DNA of 64,000 nt, from contig JBILBW010000001.1 of the NCBI GenBank assembly GCA_044353465.1, forward strand, positions 20,494 to 84,493. The letters are read 5' to 3'. The DNA is from Rariglobus sp. Its GTDB lineage: Bacteria > Verrucomicrobiota > Verrucomicrobiia > Opitutales > Opitutaceae. Shown in pieces: positions 27,184 to 39,707 of this stretch. Position 1 is the first letter of the stretch. Each line of letters begins with the position of its first letter. Under the pieces are notes generated by a model. That model had not been told where the DNA came from. It ran no database searches and saw only the letters and a list, made by a program, of their open reading frames with translations. Position numbers and translations under genes: made by a program.

Positions 27184-28038
27184 ATGTTTATTCTCATTGG
27201 TCTGGTCATCGTTTTCGCCTCCACCATCGTCGGTTTTATGATGGCGGGGGGAAACCCTGCGGTCCTCATCCACCCGTCCGAGTTCGTGGTCATCCTCGGT
27301 ATCGCCCTTGGCGTGCTGGTCATTTCCACCCCGATCACCGTCATCAAGGAGATGGTCGCCAAGCTCAAGGGGGCGCTCACCGCCAAGGGTGAGGGCAAGG
27401 AGAGTTACATCGAACTGATGAAAATGCTCTATGAGATTTTTATGGTCGGCCGGCGCAATGGCTTGGTGGCCTTGGAAGAACACGTGGTCAACCCGGGCAG
27501 CAGCGCGATTTTCAACAAGTATCCGGCCTTTACCCACGATCACCACCGCATGGATTTCCTCATCAACGGCATCAAGCCGGTGATCGACGGCAAAATTAAG
27601 CCCGACCAGCTTGAAGCGTTGCTCATGGACGAGCTCAAGACCAAGTCGGAGGAAGCCTCCCACGTGGTCCATGCCTACCAAATGATCGGCGACGCCCTCC
27701 CGGCGATCGGCATCGTCGCCGCCGTGCTCGGCATCATTAACACAATGGGTTCGATCGCCGAGGGGCCCGAGGCGGTGGGTGGCAAGGTCGCCGCCGCTTT
27801 GACCGGCACGATGTTGGGTATTTTCGTCTCCTACGGCATGGTCGTGCCCATGGCCAACCGCATCCATTCCATCAACGAAGCCAACGCCGCCTACCTGCGC
27901 TGCATCGTCATCGCCGTGGCCGGCTTCGCCAAGGGCCTGGCCCCCATCACCGCGGTGGAAATCGCCCGCCGCACCGTTTCGCACGACTGCCAGCCCGGCG
28001 CCGAGGAACTGGAGACGCTCCTCAAATCCATCAAGTAA
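27184..28038 (+). CDS. motA: Flagellar stator protein MotA
   Basis: This is a 284-aa four-TM MotA/TolQ/ExbB-type channel protein lying immediately before motB. Confidence 0.9.
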   Translation: MFILIGLVIVFASTIVGFMMAGGNPAVLIHPSEFVVILGIALGVLVISTPITVIKEMVAKLKGALTAKGEGKESYIELMKMLYEIFMVGRRNGLVALEEHVVNPGSSAIFNKYPAFTHDHHRMDFLINGIKPVIDGKIKPDQLEALLMDELKTKSEEASHVVHAYQMIGDALPAIGIVAAVLGIINTMGSIAEGPEAVGGKVAAALTGTMLGIFVSYGMVVPMANRIHSINEANAAYLRCIVIAVAGFAKGLAPITAVEIARRTVSHDCQPGAEELETLLKSIK

Positions 28039-28094
28039 GCGCCCGGCCGCCCGGCTCAAGTTTGACCTGATTTAACCCTCATTTTAACAACACT

Positions 28095-28943
28095 ATGGCT
28101 GGTAAAGGCGGAGCATGGAAGGTGGCATTCGCGGACTTTATGACCGCGATGATGGCTTTCTTTCTGGTCATGTGGCTGACCTCCCAAGACAAGGAGATCC
28201 TCATTGCCACGTCCCAGTATTTCCAGAACCCGTTCAAGTCCCCCCTGGAGGCCAAGGCCGGTCTGCTCAACTACGATTCGCAAAGCGTGAGCAAGAAAAG
28301 TAGCGATGGAAAAAAGAAGGACGCCAGCGCGGGGGCCACCACCTCCTCGCCGACCACCATGGATCTGCAGTTCCTTAACTCCGTGGCCAAGGAATTGTAC
28401 AAGATGCTGAATATGGACGACGCCTTGGCGGAAAAGCCCCTCGATGTGCAGGTGACCAGCGACGGCCTGAAAGTGACGTTGTATGACCGCGGCAAGCAGC
28501 CCTTTTTCGAGGCCGGCACGGCAAAGTTCACCAAGTGGGGGGATTTTGTCATGCAAAGCCTCGCTTGGACGGTGGAGCGCAATAAATTCAATATCGTGAT
28601 CGAAGGGCACACCCGCACCGGCCTGGTGATGCCCAACCCGGATTACACCGCTTGGGAATTGTCGGCGGACCGCGCCAACGCCGCCCGCCGCGCACTCGTC
28701 AAGTATGCGGTCGATCCGGCGCAAATCGAGCGGGTGACCGGTTATGCCAACACCCGCCCGGTTCCGCTGGCCGCTCCCGAATCCGAGACCAACCAGCGGG
28801 TCAGCATGAGCTTACGCGTGGGCAAAAAGTTCGGGGAAAAGTCCGCCTTTGCCGCCCAAGCTCCCCCGGGGAATCCCGCCACCCCGCCACCGACTGGCAA
28901 GAACCCCGCCCCGCCCCAGCCGGCTCCGGCGCCCCGGCCTTAG
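28095..28943 (+). CDS. motB: Flagellar stator protein MotB
   Basis: The N-terminus AFADFMTAMMAFFLVMW carries the conserved Asp. An OmpA-like C-domain (EGHT...SADRANAARRAL) and a Pro-rich tail follow. Confidence 0.85.
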   Translation: MAGKGGAWKVAFADFMTAMMAFFLVMWLTSQDKEILIATSQYFQNPFKSPLEAKAGLLNYDSQSVSKKSSDGKKKDASAGATTSSPTTMDLQFLNSVAKELYKMLNMDDALAEKPLDVQVTSDGLKVTLYDRGKQPFFEAGTAKFTKWGDFVMQSLAWTVERNKFNIVIEGHTRTGLVMPNPDYTAWELSADRANAARRALVKYAVDPAQIERVTGYANTRPVPLAAPESETNQRVSMSLRVGKKFGEKSAFAAQAPPGNPATPPPTGKNPAPPQPAPAPRP

Positions 28944-28997
28944 CCCCGGGCCCCCCACGCTCGCTTTCCGCCTTCCCGGCGGCCATCCCCTTTGCCC

Positions 28998-29240
28998 ATG
29001 AAATCCTTTCTCTCTGATCGTGTCCGGGTGGATGCCCCGCTGTCGTCGCCCTCACCCACGGGTTTTGCCTCCGCCGGCGCATTTCCCCATGCCAAGGGCG
29101 CGGGGCATACCGCCGACCATGGCGGGGTGGCTCCGCAGATCGAATGCGTGCGCGAAGGCGACCGCATCACTCGGTTGGTGGTGGTGTGCGCTTGCGGGGA
29201 ACGCATCGAGATCGACTGCCTCTACGCCCAAGCCAAGTGA
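28998..29240 (+). CDS. Hypothetical small protein with CxC...C cluster
   Basis: This 80-aa ORF follows motB and ends in RLVVVCACGERIEIDCLY. I do not recognise a family. Confidence 0.35.
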   Translation: MKSFLSDRVRVDAPLSSPSPTGFASAGAFPHAKGAGHTADHGGVAPQIECVREGDRITRLVVVCACGERIEIDCLYAQAK

Positions 29241-29419
29241 GCCCGGCGCCGCGGTCGGCGCCCGCCTCCCGGCGGCGACTGGGCCGCGGCTCGGCCTCGC
29301 GCCCAGTGTGATCCCGCGGGCTGCGGCGGTTTGAACTTGGAGGCCGCCCGCTTGCGGGCTCCACTCGACTCCGCCCAACTCGCACCCATGCAAAGTCTTG
29401 TTCGTTTGTTCACGCCCGT

Positions 29420-30187
29420 TTGATGTCGCGCCGTTATCCGATTCTCAAGGCGCTCGCCGCCCAGGCCTTGGCTCTGGTCGGGGTGGGCGTTCTGGTGGTG
29501 TGGGTTTGCCCCAGCGTGGGCCAGCGGCCGCCGCTTTGGGCCGCCGTGGTGCTGCAAGCCCTGCTGGCCGCGATGCTCGGCCGCCGCTTCGGCCTGGCCC
29601 GCGGTTGGCTGCTCTTCCTGGCCGGCTTCCTGCCGATCGCCCTCGGCTTGCACCTGCTGGCGCTGCCCGCCTGGCTTTACCTGGCGGCCTTCCTTCTGGT
29701 CTTATTGCTCAACTGGAACAGTTTCCGGCAGGGTGTGCCGCTCTATTTGACCAGTGCTCCGGCGACCCGCCGGCTGGAGGAGCTGTTGCGCCCCCGGCCT
29801 GCCCCGGTTGCCTTCATCGACCTCGGTTGTGGCCTCGCCGGGCCGCTCTGCCACCTGGCGCGCGCTTTCCCCCAGTCCCAGTTTACCGGGGTGGAAACCG
29901 CCCCGCTTACCTTTGTCCTCGCCTGGCTGCGCAGTCTGCCCCGGCGCAATTGCCGCATCCGCTACCGCAGCCTGTGGACGACCTCGCTCGCACCCTTCGA
30001 TGTGATCTATTGCTTCCTGTCGCCGTTGCCGATGCCCGCTCTGTGGCAAAAGGCCCAGACCGAGCTCAAGCCGGGGGCGCTTTTGGTGAGCAACACCTTC
30101 GCGATTCCCGGGGTGGCGCCCGACCGAACGATCGCCTTGGGCGATTGGCGTGGCACCCGCCTGCTCGTCTGGGAAAAACGGCCGTGA
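29420..30187 (+). CDS. Membrane-anchored class I SAM-dependent methyltransferase
   Basis: Three to four N-terminal TMs are followed by motif I (FIDLGCGLAGPL) and a post-I acidic residue (FTGVE). Confidence 0.7.
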   Translation: MMSRRYPILKALAAQALALVGVGVLVVWVCPSVGQRPPLWAAVVLQALLAAMLGRRFGLARGWLLFLAGFLPIALGLHLLALPAWLYLAAFLLVLLLNWNSFRQGVPLYLTSAPATRRLEELLRPRPAPVAFIDLGCGLAGPLCHLARAFPQSQFTGVETAPLTFVLAWLRSLPRRNCRIRYRSLWTTSLAPFDVIYCFLSPLPMPALWQKAQTELKPGALLVSNTFAIPGVAPDRTIALGDWRGTRLLVWEKRP

Positions 30188-30230
30188 GCGGGCCGCGCCT
30201 CGGGCGGCGGTGGTCCGCTCCGCCGCGATT

Positions 30231-31331
30231 TTAGAGCATCACGAGGTTGTCGCGGTGGACCACTTCTAGGCGTTTGCGCCCGGGGTAGAGCGGTTTCAAT
30301 TCCTCGCTGGTGTGGCCGGCGATGGCTTTGATCTCGTGGTCGGCAAAGGCGGCCACCCCGCGGGCGAGGATTTGGCCGTCGGGCCCGAGGATGTTCACAA
30401 TGTCGCCCTCGGCAAACGCCCCTTTGACCCCGGTGACCCCGATGGCCAGCAGGCTGCGGCCTTGCTCGCGCAAAATGGGCACCGCGTCGGGCTTGATTAG
30501 GATGTTGCCCGTCGGGCGCTGGAAATAGGCCAGCCAGCGCTTCTTCGCCTCCAGCGGGAGTCCGCTGGGCACAAAAAAGGTGCCCGGGCCGGTGCCGCCG
30601 AGCAGGCGGGCGATGATCTCGGGCTCGGCCCCGCTGGCGATAAACACCCCGCAGCCGGCGCGCAACGCGATCTTGGCGGCGGAGATTTTGGAAATCATCC
30701 CGCCGGTGGCGGTCACGTCGGTGGTGCCCCCCGCCATGGCCTCAATCTCCGGGGTGATTTTCGCGACCACCGGGACGATTTTTCCGGTGCCTTTCATGTC
30801 GATCAAGCCGGGGGCGGTGGAGAGGATGAGGAGGTGCTGGGCCCCGGTGAGGCTGGCCACCATGGCCGAGAGGGTGTCGTTGTCGCCAAACTTGATTTCG
30901 GCGGCGCTCACCGTGTCGTTTTCGTTGATGACCGGGATGGTCCCGTAGGCGATCAGTTCTTCCAAGCAGGCTTTAACCCCGAGGTGGCGGTCGCGGCTGC
31001 GCAGGTCTTCGTGGGTGAGCAGCACCTGGGCGGCGGTGAGCCCGTGGGGATCAAAGCCGCGCTGCCAGGTCTGCATGAGCAGCGACTGGCCGATCGCAGC
31101 GCAGGCCTGTTTTTTGGAAACGTCGGCGGGCTTTTTCTTCAGGCCGAGCCGGCCCATCCCCAGGCCGACCGCCCCGGAGGAGACGACGATCACCTCGGTA
31201 CCTGCGGCGCGCAGGCCGGCCACCCCCGCCGCCAAGGCGGCAATCCGCGCGGTGTTCAATTGGCCAATGCCGGAGGTGAGCACGCCGGTGCCCAGTTTGA
31301 TGACGACGCGGTGCGGCGCGGTGGTTTTCAC
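30231..31331 (-). CDS. proB: Glutamate 5-kinase ProB (with PUA domain)
   Basis: The sequence shows VVIKLGTGVLT, ENDT..A.E..FGDNDTLSA, and a C-terminal PUA domain. Confidence 0.9.
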   Translation of the reverse strand: MKTTAPHRVVIKLGTGVLTSGIGQLNTARIAALAAGVAGLRAAGTEVIVVSSGAVGLGMGRLGLKKKPADVSKKQACAAIGQSLLMQTWQRGFDPHGLTAAQVLLTHEDLRSRDRHLGVKACLEELIAYGTIPVINENDTVSAAEIKFGDNDTLSAMVASLTGAQHLLILSTAPGLIDMKGTGKIVPVVAKITPEIEAMAGGTTDVTATGGMISKISAAKIALRAGCGVFIASGAEPEIIARLLGGTGPGTFFVPSGLPLEAKKRWLAYFQRPTGNILIKPDAVPILREQGRSLLAIGVTGVKGAFAEGDIVNILGPDGQILARGVAAFADHEIKAIAGHTSEELKPLYPGRKRLEVVHRDNLVML

Positions 31332-31433
31332 AAGGAATTGAAAGCGGCAGGGTGACGCCTGCAGTCAGGCGATTAGGTCCGGGGGCGCCGGCGGGCTTTG
31401 CCCTCTGAGTCTAGAGGCAGGCGCCGGCCTGGA

Positions 31434-31979
31434 TCAGACCGTGAGCAGATCCTTTTCTTTGGCCGCGAGGCTCTTGTTGATCTCTTCGATCGACTTGTCG
31501 GTGAGCACCTGGATGTCCTTTTCGGTGCGCTTGGCCTCGTCCTCGGGGAGTTTGGCTTTTTTGAGCAGTTCGAGGCTGTCGCGGCGGGCATTGCGCACGT
31601 GGACGCGGCCCTCCTCGGCCAGACGGTTGGCGACCTTGACGAACTCCTGGCGGCGTTCGCGGGTCATGTCGGCCAGGGGGATGCGTACCAGTTGGCCGTC
31701 GACGGCGGGGTTGAAACCAAGGTTGGCGATCAAGATGGCCTTGGAAATGGCTTGGGTGAGGCCCTTGTCCCAGGGCTGGATGACGATCTGGCGGGCGTCG
31801 GGGGTGGAGATGGCGGCGCAGTCCTTGATGCGCAGCATCGTGCCGTAGGATTCCACCATGATGTTTTCCACCATGGAGGGAGTGGCCTTGCCGGTGTGAA
31901 TATTGGCGAACTCGTGGAGGGTGTGGTCCACGGCCTTCTTCAGCTTGATCTGGGTTTCCTTGAGAATCGGTTGTGACAT
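31434..31979 (-). CDS. frr: Ribosome recycling factor
   Basis: The 181-aa protein shows IHTGKATPSMVENIMVESYG...IQPWDK...LTRERRQE. Confidence 0.95.
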   Translation of the reverse strand: MSQPILKETQIKLKKAVDHTLHEFANIHTGKATPSMVENIMVESYGTMLRIKDCAAISTPDARQIVIQPWDKGLTQAISKAILIANLGFNPAVDGQLVRIPLADMTRERRQEFVKVANRLAEEGRVHVRNARRDSLELLKKAKLPEDEAKRTEKDIQVLTDKSIEEINKSLAAKEKDLLTV

Positions 31980-32037
31980 AACGGTGAAAATTGAAGCGGT
32001 GAAAGCGGCTCCGGTCGGGACCCGGCGCGCCGGGGCT

Positions 32038-32772
32038 TTAGCCGTGGACGAGCGTGCCCACCGCCTGGCCGGTGACCGCCTTTTCGATGGCGTGCGGGTC
32101 GTTGAGGTCGAACACGAGGATGGGGACGTTGTTGTCCAAGCAGAGCGAGAAGGCGGTCGAATCCATCACGTTGAGCCGCTGGCGCAGGGCCTCGATGAAG
32201 GTGATCTCGTCGTATTTGACCGCGTCGGGGTGCTTCTTGGGGTCCTTGTCGTAAATGCCGTCCACCTTGGTGGCCTTCATGATGATGTCGGCGTGCATCT
32301 CGGAGGCGCGCAGGGCGGCGGTGGTGTCGGTGGAGAAATAGGGGTTGCCGGTGCCGGCGGCGAAGATGACCACGCGGCCCTTTTCGAGGTGGCGCATGGC
32401 GCGGCGGAGGATGAACGGTTCGGCGACCTGGTTCATGGGAATGGCGCTTTGCACCCGGGTGGACACGCCCATTTTTTCCAGGCAGTCCATCAGGGCGAGC
32501 GAGTTGATCACCGTGGCGAGCATACCCATGTAGTCGCCGGTGGTGCGATCGACCCCGCGCTGCTCGCCTTGTAGGCCGCGGAAGATGTTGCCCCCGCCAA
32601 TGACCACACACACCTGCACGCCCTTTTCGTGAATCTCCTTCACCTGGGAGCAGATGCGCTCCAGCACGTTGGCGTCGATCGGGTTGTTGGATTTTCCGCT
32701 CAGGACTTCGCCGCTCAGTTTGAGCACGATGCGTTTGTACTTGGTCTTGTTTTTGGCCGCTTTGTCACTCAT
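32038..32772 (-). CDS. pyrH: UMP kinase PyrH
   Basis: The sequence shows [21 protein letters not shown] and [20 protein letters not shown]. The start is set at the ATG of MSDKAAKN. Confidence 0.95.
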   Translation of the reverse strand: MSDKAAKNKTKYKRIVLKLSGEVLSGKSNNPIDANVLERICSQVKEIHEKGVQVCVVIGGGNIFRGLQGEQRGVDRTTGDYMGMLATVINSLALMDCLEKMGVSTRVQSAIPMNQVAEPFILRRAMRHLEKGRVVIFAAGTGNPYFSTDTTAALRASEMHADIIMKATKVDGIYDKDPKKHPDAVKYDEITFIEALRQRLNVMDSTAFSLCLDNNVPILVFDLNDPHAIEKAVTGQAVGTLVHG

Positions 32773-32938
32773 GGGCCAGAGGAAACGTTCCGGTAAACTC
32801 CGCGTCAATGCGCGAGATGAAATCGGGTCGCCTTCGCGTCGTTGCGCTTTGCCCGGGGCGCTTTGCCGAAAAAATCGCGCGCGGGAGTGTCTTCTGCGGG
32901 TGGAGGAAACGGAGGGAAGTCGTGGCGCCGTCGGTCGG

Positions 32939-35365
32939 TTAGGGCTGGGCGGGCGTGGCGGTTGGCCGCAGCGCCACTTCCCAGCTCAGCACCCAGCCGC
33001 TGGCGGGGTGGCTTAACGCTACCACCCCCGAGAGCGGTGCCTTCGGGCGGGGCAGGGCCTGCAGGCAGGTGAGGCCAATTTGCCGCGGACTGCGCTCCGT
33101 TTCCCATCGTGAATCCGACCAGGTAGGCGTCTGGCTGCTCCAGACCATCGCTCCGGCCACCGACTCCCTCGCGGTTAAGTCCAGCCTGAAAACCGGGGCG
33201 CTTTCCTTGAACACGGGACCGATGGTCACCTCGAAGCCTCTCTCGGCGTCCCTGTAGCTCAATCGTGCCTGTTCGTTGCCGTCCTCGTCGAGGATGTGGG
33301 CGCTAAACCCTGCCTCCGGGACCAGTCCGGTCCAATTGAGGTTCAGCCCGTTGGTGCTCACTTGCAGGCCCTTCACCGGCTTGCCTGTATTGGGATCGAG
33401 CCAGATCGGGGGTTTGGCCCAGGTCGCCCCGCGAGCCGGGCGGAACGTCCACCCGCCTTGAATCACCGGCTTGCGAAACGACTCGGGTTTGGCCGCCTGG
33501 GTGCTCGACCAAGCCTGAAGGCGCGCGTCTGCGATCATTTGCCGGCTGGCTTGTTCAGTGGGTTGGGTGGTCAGCACGGTGTCGCGCAGGAGCCGCACCT
33601 TCAAGTCGCCCACCCGATAAAAGACCGTGAAGCTGGCGGCGCGGAATTTGGCTTTGGCGGCGGCCAGGGCGGCTGCGGCCGCAGCGGCTTCGGCTTCCTC
33701 CGCGGTCGGCTCGGGAGCGGAAATGCCGGCACCGGCCGCCGTCCCCGGCTGGCCGCTAGACGTGCCGGCCGCCTCGTTTGTGGAGGCTGCGGCCGGAGGC
33801 GTTGCGGTCGGGTTGGGGGCCTCGGCGGGGACGGGAGCGCCGGGCATAAAGATCAGCAGCGGTGCGGGCGGCGGCGGCGAGTGCAGCGGCACGTTTTGGT
33901 TACCCCAAAGGATTGCCTGCACGCTTGAGGCTTCGCTTGCCGACGCCGGTGCCGGCGGGGGTGGTGCGGCGCTGGGCGGGGGCGCTTTGGTTGGCGCGGT
34001 TGGCTCTGGCTCAGGCGCCGTCTCCTGCGGGGCGATCGCCGGTTGCGGCGGCAACTCCGGGTGTTTCCCCGCGTCACCGTGGGGGGTGCGGGCCGGCGGC
34101 GAAGGGGCCACCGCGGCAGGCCCGGCCGTGCCAGTTTCGCCGGGCTTGTCCGCCGTCTCGTGACCGCCCTCGGGTTTAGCCGAGGACGAGTCCGCTTTGG
34201 CGGGGTCTTCCGGGTGGGGGGCATCCGCCCCGCCGGGGCCGTCGGGTGTCGCCGGGGGGGGCGGCGCGGGTTTGGACTCGCCGGGGGCGGATTCAGTCGA
34301 GTGGGCATCGGGCGCGTGCGAGGTGGGACTGGGCGCGCTGGCCAGCTCGCCGGTTTGTCCGGGGAGCACCGGCATGACGCCGAGGTGTGCGCCTGGAACG
34401 GGGGCGTGCGAGGTTACGGATGCCGGGGGGGCGTCGGCGTGGCCGCTGGTGAGCGGGGGCGCGCCGGGCACGCCCGCTGCGCTTGGCGCACCCCCCTTGG
34501 CGGTGACGCTCTCGTTGGGGGCCGGCGCTTCGGCTGCGGGGGCGTGGGGGGGCGCGCCCTGATGCGGTTCGGCCTCCGGAGCTTCGCCGACCGCGGCGGG
34601 CGGCGGGGTTGCGGGCGGCGCCGGTTGGTGGCGGCTGCGGATCCAAACAAACACGGCCACCGCGGCCAGGAGCACCGCCGCCCCCGCCAGCCAGCGGCCC
34701 TTGCGGCCCAGGCGGCGGCGCCGCTTGACGGGGGCGGGTTCAGGCGGCGCGGGTTCAGGCGGCGCGGGTTCAGGCGGGGGGGGGGCAGGCGGGGGGGGCG
34801 GCTCGGTTGCCGGGGTGGGCTCGGCCGCCGCCGGGGCCTCGGGGGCGGGTTGTTCCGCCGCCGGCGGGGCTTCGGGGGCCGCTGGCGTTTCGGGCGCTGG
34901 GGCGGGCTCGGTGGCGTCCGCCAGTTTCGCGGGTGCGGGTTGGCTAAAGCCCCAGCTGCGGATAAACCACCCGTTGGCCGTCTCCACCGCATAGGTCCCC
35001 AGATCGATGTCGGTGCCCTCACTCAGGTCGTGGACGATGGATTGCATCGCCGCGAGCAGCTCTTTCGGGCTGGCACTTTCGGCGTTTTCCTCTCGCCGCT
35101 CCAATTCAGCGGTCAGGTCGAGCAGGGCGTGTTGTAAAAGTTGGCGCAGGTCGGCGAGGTCGGTCCGCTCCGGCGCTTTGGGGACTCCGCCTCCCAGCCA
35201 GCGCCAGCCCACTTTGTCGGAACCGGCCGGGCGATGGGGTTCGAGTAAAACCCGCCGGAAGTGCTCGCGAAGGGTGGACCAAAGGGCGTGCACTGGCCGG
35301 CCAGCCACCTGTACCGCCCCGCTCTCGGGGTCATCCGCCTGCCAGGAAACCCGTTCTTCGTTCAA
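32939..35365 (-). CDS. Large bitopic Pro/Ala-rich protein of unknown function
   Basis: The 808-aa protein uses a TTG start overlapping the upstream stop (TTGA). It has a structured N-domain of about 150 aa, one TM ([18 protein letters not shown]), roughly 330 aa of P/A-rich linker, and a beta-rich C-terminal domain of about 250 aa. I recognise no family. Confidence 0.6.
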   Translation of the reverse strand: MNEERVSWQADDPESGAVQVAGRPVHALWSTLREHFRRVLLEPHRPAGSDKVGWRWLGGGVPKAPERTDLADLRQLLQHALLDLTAELERREENAESASPKELLAAMQSIVHDLSEGTDIDLGTYAVETANGWFIRSWGFSQPAPAKLADATEPAPAPETPAAPEAPPAAEQPAPEAPAAAEPTPATEPPPPPAPPPPEPAPPEPAPPEPAPVKRRRRLGRKGRWLAGAAVLLAAVAVFVWIRSRHQPAPPATPPPAAVGEAPEAEPHQGAPPHAPAAEAPAPNESVTAKGGAPSAAGVPGAPPLTSGHADAPPASVTSHAPVPGAHLGVMPVLPGQTGELASAPSPTSHAPDAHSTESAPGESKPAPPPPATPDGPGGADAPHPEDPAKADSSSAKPEGGHETADKPGETGTAGPAAVAPSPPARTPHGDAGKHPELPPQPAIAPQETAPEPEPTAPTKAPPPSAAPPPPAPASASEASSVQAILWGNQNVPLHSPPPPAPLLIFMPGAPVPAEAPNPTATPPAAASTNEAAGTSSGQPGTAAGAGISAPEPTAEEAEAAAAAAALAAAKAKFRAASFTVFYRVGDLKVRLLRDTVLTTQPTEQASRQMIADARLQAWSSTQAAKPESFRKPVIQGGWTFRPARGATWAKPPIWLDPNTGKPVKGLQVSTNGLNLNWTGLVPEAGFSAHILDEDGNEQARLSYRDAERGFEVTIGPVFKESAPVFRLDLTARESVAGAMVWSSQTPTWSDSRWETERSPRQIGLTCLQALPRPKAPLSGVVALSHPASGWVLSWEVALRPTATPAQP
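34734..34777. repeat. 15-bp tandem repeat x3 inside the 808-aa ORF
   Basis: gcgggttcaggcggc is repeated three times and encodes PEPAP x3 on the minus strand. Confidence 0.8.
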
Positions 35366-35862
35366 TGCGAGCCCTCCTCAGTGGAAAACAAGGTGGCCAG
35401 GGGCCAAGTGTAACTGCGCCCGGGGACTAGCCATAGACTCACCCCCGGCGCGGGATCGAGCGGCGGTACGTCCTTGGGGTCGGTTTTCCCCTGCTGCAGT
35501 TCGCGGTATACCCGATAAATGCCCCCGGCTAGGTCCACCCGACGCATTTCCCGGGGGGCCAGTGTCAGCCACGGTAATCCGAGCGGGGCAGGGGGGGATT
35601 CCGCGGTTCCGGACTGCAGGAAAGCCGGGGGGGGCGGCGCGGGGTTCTCCACGCGGACAAACGCAATGCGCCAGGGCCAATCGGTGTGGTTTTCCACCGT
35701 GACCACCGCCACCTGAGGCCCACGCGTCGTGGCGCCCGGCTTGGGGGCGGCGCAACCCCAGCCAGCCCCCAGCGCCAGCAAAGCGCACGCCCAACCGAGC
35801 CCGCTGCGGGTACGCCGGCGAAGCACCGTCTCACCAGCTCGGAGATGTGGAAGGGAGGGCAT
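35362..35862 (-). CDS. Hypothetical secreted protein or lipoprotein
   Basis: The 166-aa protein has an N-terminal RRRTRSGLGWACALLALGAGWGC signal or lipobox-like segment. It is translationally coupled to the 808-aa ORF. Confidence 0.5.
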   Translation of the reverse strand: MPSLPHLRAGETVLRRRTRSGLGWACALLALGAGWGCAAPKPGATTRGPQVAVVTVENHTDWPWRIAFVRVENPAPPPPAFLQSGTAESPPAPLGLPWLTLAPREMRRVDLAGGIYRVYRELQQGKTDPKDVPPLDPAPGVSLWLVPGRSYTWPLATLFSTEEGSH

Positions 35863-36023
35863 GAAGCAGTGGCAATAACTATAAGGTTAACGGCGCGTAG
35901 GCAGGGGGACTTGAGCGGTTCGCCCCATATCGGCGAGGAAATCACCGCGACGGGACCGCCCGCGGGCCGGTTTGACAGGGCCGCCAAGCTGCGCTGAAGG
36001 ACTAGGCGCCGGTCCGCCCAACC

Positions 36024-36380
36024 ATGAAGAAATCGTCCTCCGTTGTTAAAAACTACTATGTGCTCCCCTGTTGCTTGCTCTTGCTCAACCTCGCCAACAG
36101 TGTGGTGGCTTACAAAGCCGAATGGATCGACGAACCGCTGCTGCGCACCCTCGTCGTGATCTGCATCGTGCTCGGCGGTTCTTCCCTGGTCGCCTTCGTG
36201 CTGGCCCCGCTGATCGGTTTGGCGGTTAACTCCATGCTGCGCAGCGGGCGGCGCAACGGCGGGCAACTCGGAGAATACCTCGCCCTGCTGGTGCTGGGGA
36301 CGCTGGTGTTTTGGGGTTATTACCTGCTGTGTAACCACGGTCCGGCGGCGCTTCTGCCGCGGGGTTGGCGCAATCACTAG
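36024..36380 (+). CDS. Hypothetical membrane protein
   Basis: This 118-aa protein has three predicted TMs and is divergent from the 35862 operon. Confidence 0.5.
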   Translation: MKKSSSVVKNYYVLPCCLLLLNLANSVVAYKAEWIDEPLLRTLVVICIVLGGSSLVAFVLAPLIGLAVNSMLRSGRRNGGQLGEYLALLVLGTLVFWGYYLLCNHGPAALLPRGWRNH

Positions 36381-36546
36381 CCGCTTTCGGCCACTAACCT
36401 ATTGGTTTTGACGGTATCGGTTCGCTTTCGGCCGTCCGCACCGGCGAACCCGGGGCGCAATTTATGCGCAGATTTCCGCAAGCCCATCGCCGAACACGGG
36501 CTTGCTCTCTTGCACCGAATGGAGCTTGTTGTTCGCGTAACTCTAA

Positions 36547-36897
<351 letters not shown>

Positions 36898-36927
36898 TCC
36901 GTTCCGCCCCTTTTCTCAGCTTGGCCC

Positions 36928-36957
36928 GGCCCTGTCCTCGGACAGGGCCTTTTTTTT
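36928..36957 (+). terminator. Rho-independent terminator
   Basis: The hairpin ggccctgtc/gacagggcc is followed by a T-run. Confidence 0.75.
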
Positions 36958-37120
36958 GGCGATTCAGGGGTGGCCTGCGGTTGGGGCGGCCGCCATGGGT
37001 GTTTTTGCGCATCCGAAAGCCAGACCTGGGCAATTTTTTTTAAAAAACTTATTATAATAAAATACTGTAAGTTAATAACTTAAGTTTTTAAGTGAAAAGC
37101 ATTCATCGTTTCCGCTCCGG

Positions 37121-37136
37121 TGGCCTGGAGTTTGCT
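37121..37136 (+). promoter_or_regulatory. Sigma-54 type -24/-12 promoter upstream of amtB
   Basis: TGGCCtggagtTTGCT has GG at 37122-37123 and GC at 37134-37135. It is preceded by an extremely AT-rich tract of about 80 nt (37020-37100). Confidence 0.55.
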
Positions 37137-37152
37137 AAGTATGGATCTGTTC

Positions 37153-39005
<1,853 letters not shown>

Positions 39006-39033
39006 GCGGTTGGTTGTTCCGATCATCAAAAAA

Positions 39034-39061
39034 GGCCCCGTCACAAGACGGGGCCTTTTTT
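39034..39061. terminator. Bidirectional rho-independent terminator
   Basis: The sequence is aaaaaa ggccccgtc acaa gacggggcc tttttt. It lies between the convergent P-II gene and the TPR gene. Confidence 0.8.
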
Positions 39062-39187
39062 ATGCTGGTGAGTTGAAAGCGACCTGAATTCGGATCGGCA
39101 AAACGACGCGTAGGCCTCCAGCCTGTTCCAGGGAGAATGCCGTCTGAAAGCCTGCGCCTCGCGTCGGTCAATCGCCCAGCCGCTCCC

Positions 39188-39679
39188 TCAAATCGCCGCA
39201 GTGAGCTGCCCCGCCGCATGGCGGATCGAGCGCTGGTAGGCAGTGAGCCCGGGGTCTTCAGTCGTCTCCACCAGTGCGGTGAGCGCGAGTTGCAGGGCCT
39301 CGGCGTGCTGTCCGAGTGCGTGCAGGGCGAGGGCGAGAAACACATCGAACTCGCGGTTGTCGGGGAACTGGAGCTGCCCGGAACGCAGTACTTCGGCGGC
39401 TCGTGCGTGTTGGTCGATACCGCGCAAGGTGTTAGCCAAGCCGATCAAGGCGTTGGCGTGTTCGTTGGGCGCGAGCCCGAGGGCGACAGCCTTGTCGTAG
39501 GCGGGCAGGGCCTCGGCGAGTTGGCCGCTGCTTTCCAGGGTCCAAGCGAGCTGGTAGTTGATCTCGGCGACGTTGGGGTAACGGGCGTCGAGTTTACGCA
39601 GCAGCCCGAGCAGGTGCTCGGTTTGCCCGCCGTGGCGGGCGCCGATCAGGACGTCGAGTTCGTGTTTCCAGGCGGACAT
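39188..39679 (-). CDS. Tetratricopeptide repeat protein
   Basis: The 163-aa protein contains several TPR-like helix pairs (AEALPAYDKAVALG, ALALHALGQHAEAL). Confidence 0.7.
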   Translation of the reverse strand: MSAWKHELDVLIGARHGGQTEHLLGLLRKLDARYPNVAEINYQLAWTLESSGQLAEALPAYDKAVALGLAPNEHANALIGLANTLRGIDQHARAAEVLRSGQLQFPDNREFDVFLALALHALGQHAEALQLALTALVETTEDPGLTAYQRSIRHAAGQLTAAI

Positions 39680-39707
39680 GGGCGTGCGGGGATTGCGGCG
39701 AGTTACA

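Noticed and set aside
36470-36530. I looked for a possible sigma-54 or NtrC-type site upstream of the first P-II gene (cgggcttgctctcttgcacc).
   Set aside because: The GG to GC spacing is off by one and the -24 half is poor (CGGGCT). I do not report it as a feature.
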